Origin: Deltaproteobacteria bacterium
GTDB lineage: Bacteria > Desulfobacterota > Desulfobacteria > Desulfobacterales > SpSt-501
NCBI GenBank assembly: GCA_016219005.1
Contig: JACRCN010000033.1
Span: forward strand, 7,595 to 71,594
DNA: 64,000 bases
Reading direction: 5' to 3'
Positions 46,554 to 55,328 of the stretch are shown here, piece by piece. Position 1 is the first letter of the stretch; every line of letters begins with the position of its first letter. The position numbers were made by a program, and so were the translations under genes. The notes under the pieces were generated by a model that was not told the DNA's origin, did no database searches, and saw only the letters and a program-made list of their open reading frames with translations.

Positions 46554-48326
46554 ATGAAACAGTCCCATTCGACAGAAGTCGTTTTAAAGGGCATCAGCGC
46601 CTCTCCGGGCATCTGCATCGGCAAGGCATATCTCGTCGACCGCGAAGGGGTGGACGTGGTCGACCGGTATGCCATCTCCGAAAAAGGCGTGAAAAGCGAA
46701 GTCAAGCGCTTCAAGTCGGCGGTCCAGAACGCCAAGCAGGACCTGCGGGCCATCATTGAAAACAGTCCCACGGGGCTGCAGAAGGCCAACATACTCGAGA
46801 CCCACGTGGTGCTGCTGAACGACAAGCTGCTCTATGGCCGCACGATCGAAGCCATCGAGAAGGAACGCGTGAACGCCGAGTGGGCGCTCAAGACCGTCGT
46901 CAATCAGATCAAGGCCGTGTTCCAGGAGATGCCCGACCCCTATCTCAAGGAACGCGTGTCGGATATCATCCACGTCTCCAATCTCGTCATGCACAACCTG
47001 ATGGGGGCGGAAACGCAAAGCATCGGCGCGATCGACAAGCGGGTGATCCTGGTGGCGCGCGACCTGTCGGCGGCCGACACCAGCCAGATCAACCTCGAGC
47101 GCATCAAGGGCTTCATCACCGACCTCGGCGGTAAGACCTCGCACACCGGCATCATCGCCCGCAGCCTGGAGATCCCGGCCGTCGTCGGGCTGGAGCAGGC
47201 CACCCGCATGGTCGCCAACGACGACCTCGTCATCGTCGACGGCACGACGGGGGCCGTGATCGTGCATCCCTCCGAGCAGACGCTGATGGAGTATACGGAG
47301 CGCCAGGTCAGCTATGAACGCTACCGCGCCGTCATCACGCGCGACAGCCACCTGGAGGCCAAGACCCTCGATGGGCACCACATCGATGTCATGGCCAACA
47401 TCGAGCTGCCGGAGGAGGTCGTGGCCGTCCTGAACTACGGCGGCGACGGGATCGGCCTGTACCGTACCGAGTTCCAATACCTGAACCGCACCAGCTTCCC
47501 CTCGGAGAACGAGCTGCTCGAAAGCTACAGGGACGTGATCGAGGTGATGGGCACCCGGCCGGTGACGTTCCGCACGTTGGACATCAACGGCGACAAGGCC
47601 ATGGCCATCGACACCGGTTTCGCGGAAGTCAACCCCGCCCTGGGGCTCAGGGCCATCCGGTACTGCCTGAAGCGGCCCGCGGTGTTTAAAACCCAGTTGC
47701 GGGCGATCCTGCGGGCGGCGGCCTTGGGCAGCGTGCGCATCATGTTCCCCATGATCTCGATCTACTTCGAGATCTGTGAGGCCAAGCGCCTGCTCGACGA
47801 GGCGGCCGAGTCCCTTGAAAAAGACGGGCTGCCCTACAAGCGCGACATCCCGGTGGGCGCCATGGTGGAGGTGCCTTCGGCCGTGGTCATCGCCGACCTG
47901 CTGGCCCGGGAGGTGGACTTCTTCAGCATCGGCACCAACGACCTGATTCAATTCGCGCTCGCCATCGACCGCGGCAACAAGCAGGTCGCGCACCTGTTTC
48001 AGCCCCTCGACCCGGCCGTCCTGCGCCTGATCAAGCGCACGGCGGATGTGGGCAGAGATAACGGGATCGCGGTGTGCATGTGCGGCGAAATGGCCAACCA
48101 GCCGCTGTACACCCCGCTCTTGCTCGGCATGGGGCTGCACGAGCTCAGCATGAATCCGCAGGCCATCCCGGTGGTCAAGCGCATGATCCGCTCGGTCCGG
48201 ATCGCCGACGCCCATGCGGTCGTCCAGGAAGCATTGAAGCAGCCGACCGCCCTGAAGGTGCTGGCGGTCTTGCGGGGGGCCTACGGGGAGCTGGTGACCA
48301 ATCACCGGCAGGCCCTGAAGGACTGA
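46554..48326 (+). CDS. ptsI: phosphoenolpyruvate-protein phosphotransferase (Enzyme I)
   Basis: GGKTSHTGIIARSLEIPAVVG phospho-His loop and a C-terminal PEP-utilising TIM barrel (GIGLYRTEF, SIGTNDL), 590 aa. Confidence 0.92.
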   Translation: MKQSHSTEVVLKGISASPGICIGKAYLVDREGVDVVDRYAISEKGVKSEVKRFKSAVQNAKQDLRAIIENSPTGLQKANILETHVVLLNDKLLYGRTIEAIEKERVNAEWALKTVVNQIKAVFQEMPDPYLKERVSDIIHVSNLVMHNLMGAETQSIGAIDKRVILVARDLSAADTSQINLERIKGFITDLGGKTSHTGIIARSLEIPAVVGLEQATRMVANDDLVIVDGTTGAVIVHPSEQTLMEYTERQVSYERYRAVITRDSHLEAKTLDGHHIDVMANIELPEEVVAVLNYGGDGIGLYRTEFQYLNRTSFPSENELLESYRDVIEVMGTRPVTFRTLDINGDKAMAIDTGFAEVNPALGLRAIRYCLKRPAVFKTQLRAILRAAALGSVRIMFPMISIYFEICEAKRLLDEAAESLEKDGLPYKRDIPVGAMVEVPSAVVIADLLAREVDFFSIGTNDLIQFALAIDRGNKQVAHLFQPLDPAVLRLIKRTADVGRDNGIAVCMCGEMANQPLYTPLLLGMGLHELSMNPQAIPVVKRMIRSVRIADAHAVVQEALKQPTALKVLAVLRGAYGELVTNHRQALKD

Positions 48327-48788
48327 ATGGAAAAAAGCCCCATCAAGATCGTCGCCGAAAACCGCAAGGCCCGCTTCGATTACACCGTCATCGACCAATA
48401 CGAAGCCGGGATCGTGCTGACGGGCACCGAGGTCCAGTCCCTGCGAATGGGCAAGGCCAACCTGAAGGATTCCTACGCCAAAGTCAAAAACGGCGAGGTG
48501 TTTCTGTACCAGATGCACATCGGCCCCTACCCGTTCGCCTACTACAACAACCACGAACCGCTGCGGCCGCGAAAACTCCTGCTCCACAAACGCGAGATCA
48601 ATCGCCTGTTTGCCAAGGCAAACGAGCAGGGGCACACCCTCGTTCCTCTCAAGATCTACTTCAAGCAGGGCAAGGCCAAGGTCCTCATCGCTCTCGTCAA
48701 GGGCCGGCGCGAATTCGACAAACGCGAAAATATCCGCGAGCGCGAGCAAAAGCGCGAGATGGACCGCGCCCGCAAGCACCGATCTTGA
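48327..48788 (+). CDS. smpB: SsrA-binding protein
   Basis: IAENRKARFDY...GTEVQSLR...PRKLLLHKREI is canonical SmpB. tmRNA follows. Confidence 0.92.
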   Translation: MEKSPIKIVAENRKARFDYTVIDQYEAGIVLTGTEVQSLRMGKANLKDSYAKVKNGEVFLYQMHIGPYPFAYYNNHEPLRPRKLLLHKREINRLFAKANEQGHTLVPLKIYFKQGKAKVLIALVKGRREFDKRENIREREQKREMDRARKHRS

Positions 48789-48910
48789 CAAACCGCCCGA
48801 AATCCTTTATTTTTTGGTATTCGATCTTTTACATACCCTCCCATCGGCTGTCGGCTCGAACCCTTTTCCTCTCTTCGAGCTTTCAGCGTTGAGCGATACG
48901 CTTCACTATT

Positions 48911-49267
48911 GGGGGCGATACGGTTTCGACGGGGACAATGAAATTCAAGCTGCATACCGAGCGTCCTGTCGGCTCGTAAATCCTGATGGGGCTAAACATA
49001 ATCGCAGACGATTATGCGTACGCCGTAGCTGCCTAAGGCAGCTACCGTCCTGCCGGTTCTCCTCCTGCTGATCCGGTAAAGGGCGTCGACTCGCGGGATA
49101 GTTGATCCAGAGTGCCTGCGGCTGGATCGGCGAACGTCAGCGGGCTGGCCGATTGCGCATCCCGCTTGGAGGAGTCGCAAGAGGCGAGATTCAAACTCCA
49201 AGATAAGTATGTAGATGCTTGAGTGGAATGTTTTCGGACGCGGGTTCGACTCCCGCCGCCTCCACCA
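48911..49267 (+). ncRNA. ssrA: transfer-messenger RNA (tmRNA)
   Basis: The 5' GGGGGCGAUACGGUUUCGACGGGG pairs with the 3' ...GGACGCGGGUUCGACUCCCGCCGCCUCCACCA, including a G3-U wobble. The tag ORF GCA GAC GAT TAT GCG TAC GCC GTA GCT GCC TAA (49004..49036) encodes ADDYAYAVAA. Confidence 0.9.
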
Positions 49268-49270
49268 TTT

Positions 49271-49540
49271 TTATCCTGTTTTTTCAGACACTTGCGAATC
49301 AGCATCCTTTGACACTGGTAGAATACTGGTAGAATTCCAAGCATCTTCCAGCCGATTTCCATCGTCTGGCGCGGGCACGTGCCGGTAATAATGGTCCACG
49401 ATCATGCGTGTCGTGGTGTGCCCGACCTGCTTCTGGATGAAGCTCATGCGCTCATTCTGATCCAGCGCGTTGGTGATGTAGGACGGCCAGTCCGCCCTGA
49501 TGTTGTGTGCGCCCAGGCTGCGACACATTGCCTCCAGCAA
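49271..49540 (-). pseudogene. tyrosine recombinase/phage integrase relic (C-terminal catalytic part only)
   Basis: AHNIRADW...QKQVGHTTTRMIVDHYYRH matches the HxxR ... GH ... Y box II region. There is an in-frame stop 5 codons upstream and no N-terminal domains. It ends 4 nt from the tmRNA 3' end. Confidence 0.65.
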
Positions 49541-50155
49541 ATGAGGATAGAAGCGCTATCTCAATATGGACCTTCTCAAAGGTCAAGAGCTGGAAGAACA
49601 AATCGAGGCGGCCTCAGCTTGATACGCAATGGGCGCTGCCAAAAAGAAAGAACGAAAAATTCTTTACACTACCAATAAGCCTCGACGATCTGGCTTCGGC
49701 CGCTGTTGTGCCGGCAGATAATGAGCACATTCAGTTGGTCTGACATGAGGTCCTCTTAAAAAAAATACCGCCTGGATAGGCTTTTCCTACACAGCTCGGG
49801 ATGGATCGAAACAAAGATGGATCAGCATCGAAATCCTTTCCGAGAGGAAGGCTCATACATAAATCTAAAGCAGCTATCCGAAACTTGGTTTAAACCGCGC
49901 GGCACGATTCATGAGAATCTTCGATCCATCGCAAATATGCTGATGACGAAACATACTCCGATAATCAGGACTACCAGCCAGTCAGCCACAAAGACCTCCT
50001 CAGCCATGCGTGCCTCGTTTGGCTAAACTAAATTTTTCTATGACCTCGATAGCCCCAGCGAGTTAGGAGGAGGTTAGGAAACCATTAGTTGTTGATGAAG
50101 CCTTGAAAACATAAAGCGGAAAGATGGCGGGTGGAGCTTGATTGCAAAGGGAAGT

Positions 50156-50308
50156 GGTCCCCTCTCAGCTCGTTGGCGTCGGCGCCACCCGCAGGTTGAC
50201 CAGCATCAAGTGGGACGTCACCACCCGCATTCTCTTGGCATGGGTCGTCACGATTCCCTGTTCGGCCTTCATCGCTGTGCCGGCCTTCTTAGCCATTACT
50301 GCTATGTG
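50156..50308 (+). pseudogene. PiT-family phosphate transporter relic (C-terminal ~50 aa)
   Basis: VPSQLVGVGATRRLTSIKWDVTTRILLAWVVTIPCSAFIAVPAFL matches the conserved C-terminal PiT repeat. No upstream part of the gene is present. Confidence 0.5.
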
Positions 50309-50636
50309 ATAGCGCAAGCGATTGAGCTTTGCAGCTCAACCCACTGTTGGCCAACTTTTGGAAATCGACCCATGTTTGTTTTGCTCAAAATATTCCTGCA
50401 AGATTGGTTCCCCTCTGCCGGCAACCGAGAATCTGTATGCTCATCACAGGAAGATGGGAATCACACAGATTCCCATCTTTCATTTTGGGTCAAATTTTCA
50501 GGTGTTCTCTTTTCCCCCTCCTCCTGAAGGCCTTGGCTCGACCCAACATCTGGCTACTTTTGAAAATGTTCCTTGACATGGCTGCCGGTCTTGATAATAT
50601 TACCTACATAAATTTATAAGTGTAGGTTGTTATATC

Positions 50637-51263
50637 ATGAAGCTCCTATCAACAAACACCCAAGATTCCCGGTTCGACAGGGCGGCTGCAGTCTTCAAAA
50701 AGCACAGCGGCATCCTGCACACGGCACAGGCGCTTCGTGCAGGAATCCACCCCAGCACGATCTACGCTATGCGCAACTCTGGAGCGCTGGAGGTGGTAAG
50801 CCGCGGCGTGTACCGTCTTGCCGACAGCCCCCCTCTGGGCAACCCGGACCTGGTGACCGTCGCGACCCGCGTTCCAAGCGGGGTGATTTGCCTGATTTCT
50901 GCGCTGGCCTTTCACAAGCTCACCACCCAGATACCTCACGAGGTGCACGTGGCCCTGCCGCGCGGCGCGGAGGAGCCACGTGTGGCTCACCCACCGATCA
51001 AGACCTACAGGTTCACCGGGGATGCGTTTACGGAGGGAGTGAAGACGCATGAACTTGACGGTATCGGCGTGCGCATCTACAGCCCGGAGAAGACGCTCTC
51101 CGACTGCTTCAAGTTTCGAAATAAAATCGGCCTCGATACAGCGGTAGAGGCAGTTCGCTTTTACCGTGAACGCAAACGCGTCAAGGTGGACGACCTAATG
51201 CGATACGCATCGATCTGCCGGGTTGAAAAGATCATCCGCCCATACCTGGAGGCGCTTCTGTAA
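50637..51263 (+). CDS. type IV toxin-antitoxin system AbiEi family antitoxin
   Basis: N-terminal wHTH pattern LHTAQALRAGIHPSTIYAMRNSGALEVVSRGVYRL and a C-terminal AbiEi domain. Its stop overlaps the toxin start (TAATG). Confidence 0.8.
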   Translation: MKLLSTNTQDSRFDRAAAVFKKHSGILHTAQALRAGIHPSTIYAMRNSGALEVVSRGVYRLADSPPLGNPDLVTVATRVPSGVICLISALAFHKLTTQIPHEVHVALPRGAEEPRVAHPPIKTYRFTGDAFTEGVKTHELDGIGVRIYSPEKTLSDCFKFRNKIGLDTAVEAVRFYRERKRVKVDDLMRYASICRVEKIIRPYLEALL

Positions 51264-52174
51264 TGGCAAGGAATATCAAGAACTCTGCCGCCTCGGTTCA
51301 TCAACGCCTTCTCAACAAGGCCAAGGAGGCATCCCGCCCCTTCAACGAATTTTTGCAGCACTTCGCCAACGAGCGGTTTATCTACCGGCTCTCCAAAAGC
51401 CCCCACGCAGACAGGTTCATCCTCAAGGGGGCCTTGATGCTCGCAGCGTGGAGCGCACCAGCATCACGCCCCACAATGGACATCGATCTGCTCGGAAGAA
51501 TCGACAACAGCCTCGAAGTGATCGTCTCAGCAGTGAAGGACGCCTGCCGGATGGATGTCGAGGCGGATGGCACATCCTACCACGCGGAAACGGTGACTGC
51601 CGCGCGGATCACGGAAGATGCCGAATACCAAGGCATACGCGTCCATGTCCAAGGCAGCCTGGGCAACGCCCGCGTCCCCCTGCAGATTGACATCGGATTC
51701 GGGGATGTGATCGTGCCGTGTCCCAGCAGGGTCGCCTATCCTGTTCTACTCGACTTTTCACGCCCCGAGTTGGACGGCTACAGCATGGAGAGCACCATCG
51801 CCGAGAAGTTCCAGACCATGGTAAGGCTTGGCGTTCTGAACAGCCGGATGAAGGATTTCCACGACATTTGGATGCTGAGCCGAACGTTTGATTTCAGGGG
51901 CGAACTATTGGCCGAGGCGGTCAAGAAGACTTTCGAGAACCGAAACACGCTGGTCTCCGTTGACTCTGCGGTCTTCAATCCTTCTTTTGTGAAGGATGGG
52001 AACAAGAAGGTTCAGTGGCAGGGGTTTATCAAGAAAGCCAAGCTGACCGATGCGCCAGAGGACTTCGAGGATGTGGTCGCGGTCGTCAAGCTGTTCCTCG
52101 CGCCTGTCGCAGTTTCCTTTTTTAAGCGAGGGGTGTTCCGTAGCATTTGGAACGCTCCTGGACCGTGGCGATGA
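51263..52174 (+). CDS. nucleotidyltransferase AbiEii/AbiGii toxin family protein
   Basis: DUF1814-type motifs FILKGALMLAAW...RPTMDIDLLG and DIGFGD, 303 aa. Confidence 0.85.
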   Translation: MARNIKNSAASVHQRLLNKAKEASRPFNEFLQHFANERFIYRLSKSPHADRFILKGALMLAAWSAPASRPTMDIDLLGRIDNSLEVIVSAVKDACRMDVEADGTSYHAETVTAARITEDAEYQGIRVHVQGSLGNARVPLQIDIGFGDVIVPCPSRVAYPVLLDFSRPELDGYSMESTIAEKFQTMVRLGVLNSRMKDFHDIWMLSRTFDFRGELLAEAVKKTFENRNTLVSVDSAVFNPSFVKDGNKKVQWQGFIKKAKLTDAPEDFEDVVAVVKLFLAPVAVSFFKRGVFRSIWNAPGPWR

Positions 52175-52223
52175 TTGATGCCTTCAATAAAAACTGTGCC
52201 TCATTTCAATGATGCCTGTCAAC

Positions 52224-54626
52224 TTATCGGTCATTCCACGACCGGATCTGGTACCCCATTGCCCTGTACCCTCGCTGGCGCTTCTCCCACATCCGGGTAA
52301 GCTGTGGGTGGTCAAGTTCAACGTAATCGTAGATGCGTACGTCCCGCTTGTCTGCATGCTCCCGGTGCAGGCGGCCTGCATACTGCTGCAGGGTTCCTTT
52401 CCAGGAAATCGGCATGCCCAGCACCAGCGTATCAAGGGGCGGATGGTCAAAGCCCTCGCCGATCAGGCGGCCGGTGGCCAACAGCACCCGTGGGGCAAAA
52501 TCATCCAGTTCGGCAAGCTCTGAAAGGGTAGCCATGCGCTGCTTTTTCGACAGCCGCCCGTGCAGAATAAAACAGCGCATGACTTCATCCCCAAGGGCAT
52601 TACGCAGCAGGTCCAGGTGCTCGGTCCGTTCAGTCAGAACCAAGACTTTTCGGCCCTCCTGATATGCGGCCAGAATATCTTGCGCGACGCGCCGGGTGCG
52701 GTTGGTGTCGTTGGCGAGCATGCGAAACACATCCTGGATGCCAGACTCCGGGGGGATATTCGGTGTGGGTAAGCTTTGCGGCCACACCTCCAGCTGGGCG
52801 GGAGCACTTTCAGGTCGTGAGGCGCTGTGTTGGATCGGACCGCACTGCATAAAAATAATCGGCTGATGCCCATCTCGTCGGATCGGCGTGGCAGTCAGGC
52901 CGATTACGTACTTTGCCTTGGCTTGTTTGAGAATCGCCTCAAAGGAAAAAGCCGAAAGATGATGGCATTCGTCAACAATAATCTGGCCGTACTCATCGAG
53001 CAATTCCGGTAAATCATCGATCCTTGACAGCGACTGCATGACTGCGATGTCGATCTTTCCAGTCGGGTTCTTCTTGCCAGCGCCGAAAACACCCAGAGTA
53101 CCCTTGGATAGTTTAAGAAAGGTCGTCAGCTGCTCCTGCCATTGCCGGAGCAGTTCAGTGCGGTGCACCAGGATCAGGGTGCTCAACTTGCGCCGAGCAA
53201 TCAACGCAGCAGCAGTGACCGTTTTGCCGAAGGCTGTCGGGGCGCATAGGATTCCCACCTCCTGCTTCAGCATCACCCTGACGGCCGTCTTCTGATCTTT
53301 TCTAAGCTCGCCAGTGAATTTGACCGGGACCCTACACCCCGCGACCCGCTCGTCCTGAATCTCTGCCCGGATGTCATTGTGTTCCAGCAGCTCCAGCAAC
53401 GCATCCATGCATCCCCGGGGTAGGCCAATGTATTGGGGAAAATTCTCGGCGCAGCCGATGATGCGCGGTTTGTTCCAGACCGGCAGACGCATGGCCTGGG
53501 CCTTGTAGAATTCCGGGTTTTGAAAAGCAGCCAGGCGGATCAAGCGGTTTGCCAGCGGCTGGGACAGATCAGCTTTAGCGATGAAAATCTGATTGGCCCG
53601 CACCAGTGTCAGAGATTCCGGCAGTGGGCCGGATATCCGGCTGGAGGCTTGCGCTGGCTGTTTCCATGGCTCCCGTCCTTCCTCTTCCGAGACAAAGGCC
53701 ACATCGAGCAGATGTCTGCCGCCTGTGGTCCGCAGAATGGCTCTCTCCAACTCAAACCGAGGCATGGGCCTGATCGACGTCAGAAAGCCCCACTGGTCCG
53801 GATAGGGAACGAAGGCTTCATCGACAAATAGGCTGCGCCCTTGCTCGCGGGGCTGCTTCTGCAAAGGAAGTGCGATCAGATTGCCGAATCCACCCTTGGG
53901 CAAAGTGTCCTGGTTGGGAAAAAACCGGTCGTAGCTGGACAGGGAGAGCTGCCGGGTGCGGTCACAGGTGTGACTGATCAGGGCCGCGCCGAGCTGCCGC
54001 GCCTCGCGGGCCGGGATCGGGTCGGTAAAAAATATCCAGACATGCGCACCCTTTCCGGAGCGTGATATTTCCAGTACTGCAGGGATGCTAAGTTCCCGGC
54101 ACGAATCCATGAAGGCCCGGGCATCCTCGCGCCAGTCGTCTTCGTCGAAGTCCGCTGCAAGAAAAAAACAGGTGTCGTCGGCAAGGAGCGGATAGACGCC
54201 CACCGTGTGTTGACCGACCAGATGGTCGTAAATCACCTGATCGGTGACCGGCAACAACAAGCGCTGGTCGCAGTCGCCGCACTTGCCCCTTGGCTTATAA
54301 CAGATGCCGGGCCGCCACTCGTTGCCGCAGGCGGGCGAATAGCCCGACTTGCCCTTGGCTGACTCCCAGCGCAGCGGGTACGCATCGCTGCGACCACGAA
54401 ACAGACGACGGAAGAGTGCGACTTTTTCCGCAGGTTCCAAAAGTCGGTGCTGCTTTTCGCACGGATAGCGTGCGGTGGTTTCGTGAAGAATAGTTGCGGT
54501 ATCCTCCGGCTCCCAGGGGATGCCATGCTTTTCTAGCAGGGTCACCAGGCGGGCGATTTCAGCCCGCAGGCGCTCGCACTCCTCGCAGGACCAGGACTTG
54601 CCGTCAGCAGCAGCGTCACTTTTCAT
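52224..54626 (-). CDS. archaeo-eukaryotic primase (PrimPol)-like domain fused to SF2 DEAD/DEAH-box helicase (conflict-system type)
   Basis: The N-terminal half carries RGRSDAYPLRWESAKGKSGYSPACGNEW...C..C...FLAADFDEDDW...SRSGKGAHVWIFF (AEP-like). The C-terminal half has helicase motifs APTAFGKTV (I), VDECHH (II), TATP (III) and QYAGRLHR (VI). Confidence 0.8.
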   Translation of the reverse strand: MKSDAAADGKSWSCEECERLRAEIARLVTLLEKHGIPWEPEDTATILHETTARYPCEKQHRLLEPAEKVALFRRLFRGRSDAYPLRWESAKGKSGYSPACGNEWRPGICYKPRGKCGDCDQRLLLPVTDQVIYDHLVGQHTVGVYPLLADDTCFFLAADFDEDDWREDARAFMDSCRELSIPAVLEISRSGKGAHVWIFFTDPIPAREARQLGAALISHTCDRTRQLSLSSYDRFFPNQDTLPKGGFGNLIALPLQKQPREQGRSLFVDEAFVPYPDQWGFLTSIRPMPRFELERAILRTTGGRHLLDVAFVSEEEGREPWKQPAQASSRISGPLPESLTLVRANQIFIAKADLSQPLANRLIRLAAFQNPEFYKAQAMRLPVWNKPRIIGCAENFPQYIGLPRGCMDALLELLEHNDIRAEIQDERVAGCRVPVKFTGELRKDQKTAVRVMLKQEVGILCAPTAFGKTVTAAALIARRKLSTLILVHRTELLRQWQEQLTTFLKLSKGTLGVFGAGKKNPTGKIDIAVMQSLSRIDDLPELLDEYGQIIVDECHHLSAFSFEAILKQAKAKYVIGLTATPIRRDGHQPIIFMQCGPIQHSASRPESAPAQLEVWPQSLPTPNIPPESGIQDVFRMLANDTNRTRRVAQDILAAYQEGRKVLVLTERTEHLDLLRNALGDEVMRCFILHGRLSKKQRMATLSELAELDDFAPRVLLATGRLIGEGFDHPPLDTLVLGMPISWKGTLQQYAGRLHREHADKRDVRIYDYVELDHPQLTRMWEKRQRGYRAMGYQIRSWNDR

Positions 54627-54702
54627 GCCAGATTCCAGCTTTCACGAGCCGTTGCACAAGCGCTTTGCGCCGATGTCCAGGCTTAGGGGAACAGGCCTGT
54701 TT

Positions 54703-55053
54703 TTATGCGTTTAGTCTTTCGAACAGTTCAAGACTATTAGCGGCAGCGATTGCCTCGCCCCGATAAGCCGCTCGGGTTACGGCCGACTGGCTGATTCCAA
54801 GTAATATGGACTTTACCGCGCTCCACCCGCCCAGGCTGCGAATCAATCCGCCGCCGATCAGCTCCGGCCGTCTTCCCAGGGCAATTCCCCGTTCAACGAA
54901 ATGCCGATACTGCCGCCGCGCCTTGGAGACCGACTTCCCAAAAAGACGCAGCACCGCATCGTTCGGCTGCCATTCGTGTGGTAAACCATAAACCGCATCG
55001 GGCCTTGGTTGGTCAGCGTGGAGATCAACCCAATGCTTTCTTTGCGGGCACAA
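54703..55053 (-). pseudogene. Y1 (IS200-like/HUH) transposase-like protein relic, C-terminal part
   Basis: EWQPNDAVLRLFGKSVSKARRQYRHFVERGIALGRRPELIGGGLIRSLGGWSAVK then LGISQSAVTRAAYRGEAIA. This matches the C-terminal half and the DnaA-C-like HTH of a ~300-aa transposase-like family common in deltaproteobacteria, with an internal deletion. Confidence 0.5.
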
Positions 55054-55328
55054 AACCGTATCGCCGAAGTCTGTCCCATCGGAGCGTAGCTGCGACCGTA
55101 TTGGTAGCGCAGTGCTGCTGCGCCTCAGGTTTCAGTTTGCGTGCATCAGCTATTTCCATGCACGCCTCTCTATCACAGCTTAACTATGTCTGCCATATTT
55201 ATTGCCGCGGTAATAATATGCCGAAGACCTTAACCATTATCGCTCCGGCAATAAAATATGCCAATTTTCAGAGGGTTGAGGGCAGGCAACTCCGTGAGCC
55301 TGCGCGCGGTGAAGAATTGGCGGATTCA

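Noticed and set aside
46584-48791. 735-aa ORF on the minus strand
   Set aside because: Antisense shadow of ptsI and smpB, with the same compositional artefact and no motifs.
49042-49362. 106-aa minus-strand ORF; also plus-strand ORFs 48610..49071 and 48074..48892
   Set aside because: They overlap the tmRNA gene or the smpB/ptsI frames. tmRNA identity is strongly supported by its acceptor/T-arm ends and tag ORF.
49908-50006. 32-codon minus-strand ORF encoding a hydrophobic peptide (MAEEVFVADWLVVLIIGVCFVISIFAMDRRFS), possibly a type I toxin-like or small membrane protein
   Set aside because: No Shine-Dalgarno sequence, antitoxin RNA or family resemblance could be established by eye. It overlaps the equally unsupported plus-strand ORF 49817..50026.
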